A stretch of DNA of 47,199 nucleotides from Parcubacteria group bacterium LiPW_15 (lineage in GTDB: Bacteria > Patescibacteriota > Minisyncoccia > UBA6257 > 2-01-FULL-56-20): positions 403,576 to 450,774 of the forward strand of contig VMER01000001.1 in the NCBI GenBank assembly GCA_007375645.1, in the 5' to 3' direction. A program made the position numbers and the translations under genes. A model generated the notes under the pieces. It did no database searches. It had not been told where the DNA came from and worked only from the letters and a program-made list of their open reading frames with translations. Shown here one piece after another: positions 43,202-47,199 of this stretch. Position 1 is the stretch's first letter; each line of letters begins with the position of its first letter.

Positions 43202-44224
43202 TTATCCGTGTGCTTCCGGTCGCGGCACCCTGCCCCAGCTGCGATGTTCTAACACCTCCTGAAGCACCGCGGCCAGAGGAACGGCAATTATCGCGCCCAA
43301 AAGTCCCGCGGTCTCAATCCCGATAAGCAAAGCCACAATGACAATGACCGGATGCAAACCCACCGAGCGGCGGGTAAGCAGCGGGACCAAAAGATGCGAC
43401 TCGAATTGATGCAAGATCAAAAAAATTATGAGAGTGTAAAGCGCGAGCACTGGAGAAGTTGTAAGCGCGAAAACAAACGCGATCGCTCCGGCAAGTATCG
43501 GACCGACGAACGGGACAAGCTCGAAGATCGCCGCGAACATCGCAATGATAAAGGCGTGCTTCAACCCCAGAAGCCCCAAAGAAACCCAAACTAAAATTCC
43601 CATAATGAAACTTGCGAGCAGCTGGGTTCTAAACCAAGATCCGATTTTTTTTCTGGAACGTTCGTAAATGGAAAGCGCGGGCGCTTCGTATTCCAAGGGC
43701 ATGACCGCGCGCAAAAATCTTTCTATCCCATCGCGGCTGATAGCCAGATAAAAGGAAATGATTATGACCGCTATCGCCAGGCCCAATCCTCCCAAAAGCG
43801 CGGAAAGGGTGGCCAAGGGCGAGGTGTCCCCTCCCCAGATCTGCGAAGTCAGTTTGTCGATAAGCGCGCCGACGGATTGCGTGGCCTTAAGGTTAAAGGC
43901 CGGCCCGAGCCACGAGCCCAACTTTGATTTATTGAGAGAAACAAGAACGCTGTTCAGATCCGCGACTATAAAAGGAACCACGAGATAAATCACCGCGGCA
44001 ACAGCGAGCATAAAGCCCAAAAATATAAGAATAACTGCAAGAGTTCTCGGGATCCCGCGCCTTTCCAAAAAATCAACGATAAAATCCAGTCCGGCCGAGA
44101 TAACTATCGCGGCAAAAAGACCCAACAGTATCTGCCGTCCCAAATAGAGTGTCGCGGCGAATATCAAAAAAATAAAAACCCGCCAGAGACTGACCCATGA
44201 TATTTCTATGCTCCTCTTTTCCAT
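43202..44224 (-). CDS. AI-2E family transporter (PerM/UPF0118)
   Basis: 340 aa, polytopic, with the typical C-terminal [15 protein letters not shown] segment. Confidence 0.75.
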   Translation of the reverse strand: MEKRSIEISWVSLWRVFIFLIFAATLYLGRQILLGLFAAIVISAGLDFIVDFLERRGIPRTLAVILIFLGFMLAVAAVIYLVVPFIVADLNSVLVSLNKSKLGSWLGPAFNLKATQSVGALIDKLTSQIWGGDTSPLATLSALLGGLGLAIAVIIISFYLAISRDGIERFLRAVMPLEYEAPALSIYERSRKKIGSWFRTQLLASFIMGILVWVSLGLLGLKHAFIIAMFAAIFELVPFVGPILAGAIAFVFALTTSPVLALYTLIIFLILHQFESHLLVPLLTRRSVGLHPVIVIVALLIGIETAGLLGAIIAVPLAAVLQEVLEHRSWGRVPRPEAHG

Positions 44225-44355
44225 AAAATCGATGAGGGGATTACCTTAGCCTTATGATGCCTCGAAAGATAAGGCATTACAAGGGCGGGAACCCACCCAC
44301 ACCTACATAACGTGGTCGGTGTGAAAAGGTTACGCCATCGCACCCCCCCCTCCCC

Positions 44356-45618
44356 CTAGACCGAAAGAAGCTTTTTGAACTTTTTGTCGCCCTTATAAGG
44401 TCCGATTATGGCAAGGTTGAGCTTTTCCTTCTTAAATATCGTCCTCGCGATAGTCCGAACGTCTTCTGCCGTAACCGTGTTTATGCGTTTAGACATCTCC
44501 TCCGGAGACATAGTTTTTGCGACCAATATCTCCTGGATTCCGTAGAAATTGGCAAGCTGATCGGAAGTCTCAAGCCCCATAACCATGCCGGAGGTTATTA
44601 TATCCTTGGCTTTTTGAAGTTCCTTGGGCGGCACCAGCTCAACCTTGAGCCTGGCGAACTCCTTAAGGATCGCCTTTATGACCGTTTCAGTTTTGGAATT
44701 CGCGGTGCCGGTCGCCACGGAGAACTCCCCATGGTCTAGGCCCTCACTAGAATTGGCGCGGACGTAATAGGCTGCCCCGAGTTCTTCTCGGATCTTGTGG
44801 AACAATCTCGAACTCATCCCATACCCCAAAACCGAGGCCAGAACATAAAGAGCGTAGCGCCGTTTATCGAAGATATCGAATCCGGGAACACCCAAAACCA
44901 GGTGGTCCTGCTCCGATTTTTTGAATTTAACGATCGCCTTCGGTCCTTTCGCCGAAGCTTTTGTTTTTCCTTTTTTTAGACGAGCGGTTTTTGGTAAGAT
45001 TCCGAAATATTTTTGAACAAGCGCCCTGGTTTTTTTCACGTTAACATTGCCAGCAATAACCACGACCGTTTTGGCGGCCACATAATGTTCCGATCGATAC
45101 TTTATTATTTCTTCCCGGGTTATACCGCTCACTAATTTTTTTGTTCCGCCGATGTCCCAACCTGCGGGCTGGTCGCCGTAAACAAGGTTGTGCCAAATTT
45201 CTTCAACCTTCCGCATGGGGGTGTCTTCGTACATGTTCAACTCTTCTATGACCACTCCCCTCTCTTTATCAATCTCTTCCGGATTGAAAATCGGATTTAA
45301 ATAAAGGTCCGCGACAATTTCCAAAATCTTTTCAAAATTTTTCTTCTCAACTTTCGCCCAGTAGCCGGTATATTCTTGGTTGGTAAAGGCATTGGACTCC
45401 GCGCCCAAGGAATCCAGCTCTCGCGAGATCATCCCCGGCTTCGGGCGCTTCTTAGTCCCCTTAAAGCAAAGATGCTCTAAAAAATGCGAGAGTCCGTTTA
45501 TTTTTTTGGTTTCATATTCGCTCCCTGCCTCAACTAAAACCATAGCCGTCGCAGTCGGACTGGCCTGGGGAACAAAAACAACCCGAAGACCGTTTGCCAA
45601 TTTAAATTTCTTAACCAT
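44356..45618 (-). CDS. M16 family zinc peptidase (insulinase-like)
   Basis: Inverted zinc motif HFLEHLCFKGT and EL..YED. I moved the start to MVKKFKLANGLRVV at 45618. Confidence 0.8.
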   Translation of the reverse strand: MVKKFKLANGLRVVFVPQASPTATAMVLVEAGSEYETKKINGLSHFLEHLCFKGTKKRPKPGMISRELDSLGAESNAFTNQEYTGYWAKVEKKNFEKILEIVADLYLNPIFNPEEIDKERGVVIEELNMYEDTPMRKVEEIWHNLVYGDQPAGWDIGGTKKLVSGITREEIIKYRSEHYVAAKTVVVIAGNVNVKKTRALVQKYFGILPKTARLKKGKTKASAKGPKAIVKFKKSEQDHLVLGVPGFDIFDKRRYALYVLASVLGYGMSSRLFHKIREELGAAYYVRANSSEGLDHGEFSVATGTANSKTETVIKAILKEFARLKVELVPPKELQKAKDIITSGMVMGLETSDQLANFYGIQEILVAKTMSPEEMSKRINTVTAEDVRTIARTIFKKEKLNLAIIGPYKGDKKFKKLLSV

Positions 45619-45680
45619 GGAATAAATATACCCTAGAAAATAGAGGGTGGGAAATAGTATAGTTAATCTATAGAAAATCG

Positions 45681-46418
45681 ATGCACGGCAAAAAAAACTT
45701 TTTAATAATACTCCTCGGGACGTGGCTTTTTGTTTCCACGCTCGCAATAACCGCAGTAATTTTTAAGAACCCGGCGTTGCGCGCCGCCTCCATGATGGAG
45801 TGGGGGGTTATTATTTTCTGGATCATAATTTGCGGCGGGCTTATGTATCATTTCCGCGAACCCGTGAGGGGGGTGATCTTAAAGATCCGGCTCCCCTCTC
45901 AATTTAAATTCGTTATTTTCGCCGTCTCCTTGGCCCTTCTCGAAGAAGCGATAACCACCGCAATGACAAACTTGGCGCCGCTTTTCGGCGCAAAAATCGG
46001 AGAAGCCTACATCACCGCATCCGCGAACTTCTTTGACGTAGTGTTTTTCCATAGCGCGATTAATTTTGTGGGACCGTTCATTTTCTGGGCATTCGCCCTT
46101 AAACGATATGACTTCAGTCCATTTGCGGCATTCCTGATCTTTGGGATCAGCGGAACATTAGCGGAGGCTTCCTTTGGCGGCTTTGAGCATCTTTTGGAAT
46201 TCGGATTGTGGATATTCGTTTATGGCCTGATGATTTTTCTTCCAGTCTATTCCCTGCCCGATGCCGAAAAACGCGGCGCAATAAAACCGAGGTGGTATCA
46301 CTATGTCGCTATGGTGTTTCTGCCCGCGCTCTTCGTACCGCTATTCTCCTGGATTCCGGGAGTCGTTGACCCCAATCACGCACAACCGACACACTTCCCG
46401 CCGTTAAATATTAGATAG
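45681..46418 (+). CDS. Hypothetical polytopic membrane protein
   Basis: 245 aa with about 6 hydrophobic segments. Confidence 0.5.
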   Translation: MHGKKNFLIILLGTWLFVSTLAITAVIFKNPALRAASMMEWGVIIFWIIICGGLMYHFREPVRGVILKIRLPSQFKFVIFAVSLALLEEAITTAMTNLAPLFGAKIGEAYITASANFFDVVFFHSAINFVGPFIFWAFALKRYDFSPFAAFLIFGISGTLAEASFGGFEHLLEFGLWIFVYGLMIFLPVYSLPDAEKRGAIKPRWYHYVAMVFLPALFVPLFSWIPGVVDPNHAQPTHFPPLNIR

Positions 46419-46490
46419 GTCCGAAGCAGCCTAAGTTCGCACACCCCGCATAAATTCCCTTTCGTGCTCATTCTTCGCCGATTTTATTTT

Positions 46491-47168
46491 CTATCTTGTA
46501 GCATTATAAAGAGCCAGAACCTCTGCGGCAGATAGAGCGCGATTGTAAAGTCGGGCATCATCCATATAACCGATGAAACCGCTCCAGCCCTGGACCCCCA
46601 GCCTAAAAACGGAACCGGTCGATCCTGTGTATCTTGCGGTAGCGGAGCTACCGGGCACGCCATCCAAATATGCCCTCATAATCCCCGTCGATGCGTCGTG
46701 TGAAAGAACCAAAAAATGCCACGCAGATGTGCTCATTGTTGTGGGTAGCGGAATAGTAGAGTATTGCCATGTTCCGCCTGTATCCTGCATACGCATGTAG
46801 CCCGAGGCACCCTGGGTTTGAATTTCGAACGTATAACCCCAATATGGAACATACCCCTGAAATCCCATAAGGTCGGCGTAAGACGTGCTGCTCGTTGTAT
46901 ATATCCAGGCCGCGTATGTAAATTTGCCGCCGGACAAAAGCGCTGTAAGGCTGGTGGAGGAAGCAAAGGTTGCACCGTTAACGTTGCTCATATAGAAACA
47001 GTTGCTTAGTTTGCAATTCGCTCCGGTAAATTGACCGGCGCCGATTACTCCATTGTTTCCGCTTCCACTCGAATCCTTAACTATCGTTCCACTATCTGTA
47101 TCAAAGTTCCAATACCCCACAAGACCAGATGGATTGTATAGAGGTGAAAGAGACAGGTTGTTACCCAT
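46491..47168 (-). CDS. LamG/concanavalin-A-like lectin domain protein
   Basis: GLVGYWNFDTDSGTIVKDSSGSGNNG ... DDARLYNRALSAAEVLALY are hallmarks of the Laminin_G_3 family. An in-frame stop lies upstream at 47196-47198. Confidence 0.7.
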   Translation of the reverse strand: MGNNLSLSPLYNPSGLVGYWNFDTDSGTIVKDSSGSGNNGVIGAGQFTGANCKLSNCFYMSNVNGATFASSTSLTALLSGGKFTYAAWIYTTSSTSYADLMGFQGYVPYWGYTFEIQTQGASGYMRMQDTGGTWQYSTIPLPTTMSTSAWHFLVLSHDASTGIMRAYLDGVPGSSATARYTGSTGSVFRLGVQGWSGFIGYMDDARLYNRALSAAEVLALYNATR

Positions 47169-47199
47169 GGCTATGACTCCGGGGTAATTGGAGATATTA

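Noticed and set aside
1-47199. Mobile-element genes (integrase, transposase, recombinase), prophage structural genes, toxin-antitoxin pairs and known defence systems
   Set aside because: I scanned all track translations of 60 aa or more for the usual catalytic motifs (R..H..R..Y tyrosine recombinase, DDE, serine recombinase, PIN, HEPN and similar). I found none. The HD-domain protein and the GIY-YIG protein look like housekeeping stand-alone enzymes rather than parts of a defence operon.

Overview
This 47.2-kb window looks like a compact Patescibacteria/CPR (Parcubacteria-like) chromosome segment; that placement is an inference from gene content and architecture. Most genes are on the minus strand.

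Contents in order:
- 1-11971: a complete monoderm-style type IV pilus cluster (pilM-N-O, pilB, pilT, pilC, major pilin, pilD, three minor pilins, a truncated secreted protein), with divergent comFC.
- 12969-16854: a variable interval bounded by tRNA-Arg and tRNA-Gly. It holds an AT-rich ABC exporter, tRNA-like debris, and three GC-rich small genes with strong Shine-Dalgarno (SD) sites.
- An ECF sigma/anti-sigma pair, HU, and a GIY-YIG protein.
- 20692-24078: a 1128-aa S-layer-like protein with a peptidoglycan-binding domain.
- 24604-26810: a wHTH (winged helix-turn-helix) regulator whose own coding sequence and neighbouring promoters carry about 23 copies of a TTGCCG(G/A)AT motif. Next to it are three near-identical promoter/terminator cassettes expressing two families of paralogous small proteins (A1/A2, B1/B2). 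This is the most unusual locus and my best candidate for an undescribed system.
- 27565-31206: a 1213-aa secreted multidomain protein.
- Housekeeping genes: tmk, rplK with no rplA after it, a histidine phosphatase inserted between nusG and rplK, secE, gyrB, mutM, an RRM protein, an HD phosphohydrolase, metG, an AI-2E transporter, an M16 peptidase and a LamG-domain protein.

Other points:
- Several non-coding regions have consensus promoters, long hairpins and repeated palindromes that suggest unannotated RNAs or regulatory elements.
- Two small ORFs below the ORF-track cutoff were found by eye.
- I saw no rRNA, CRISPR array, integrase or transposase.

All calls come from reading the sequence and the supplied translations. 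No database search was run.
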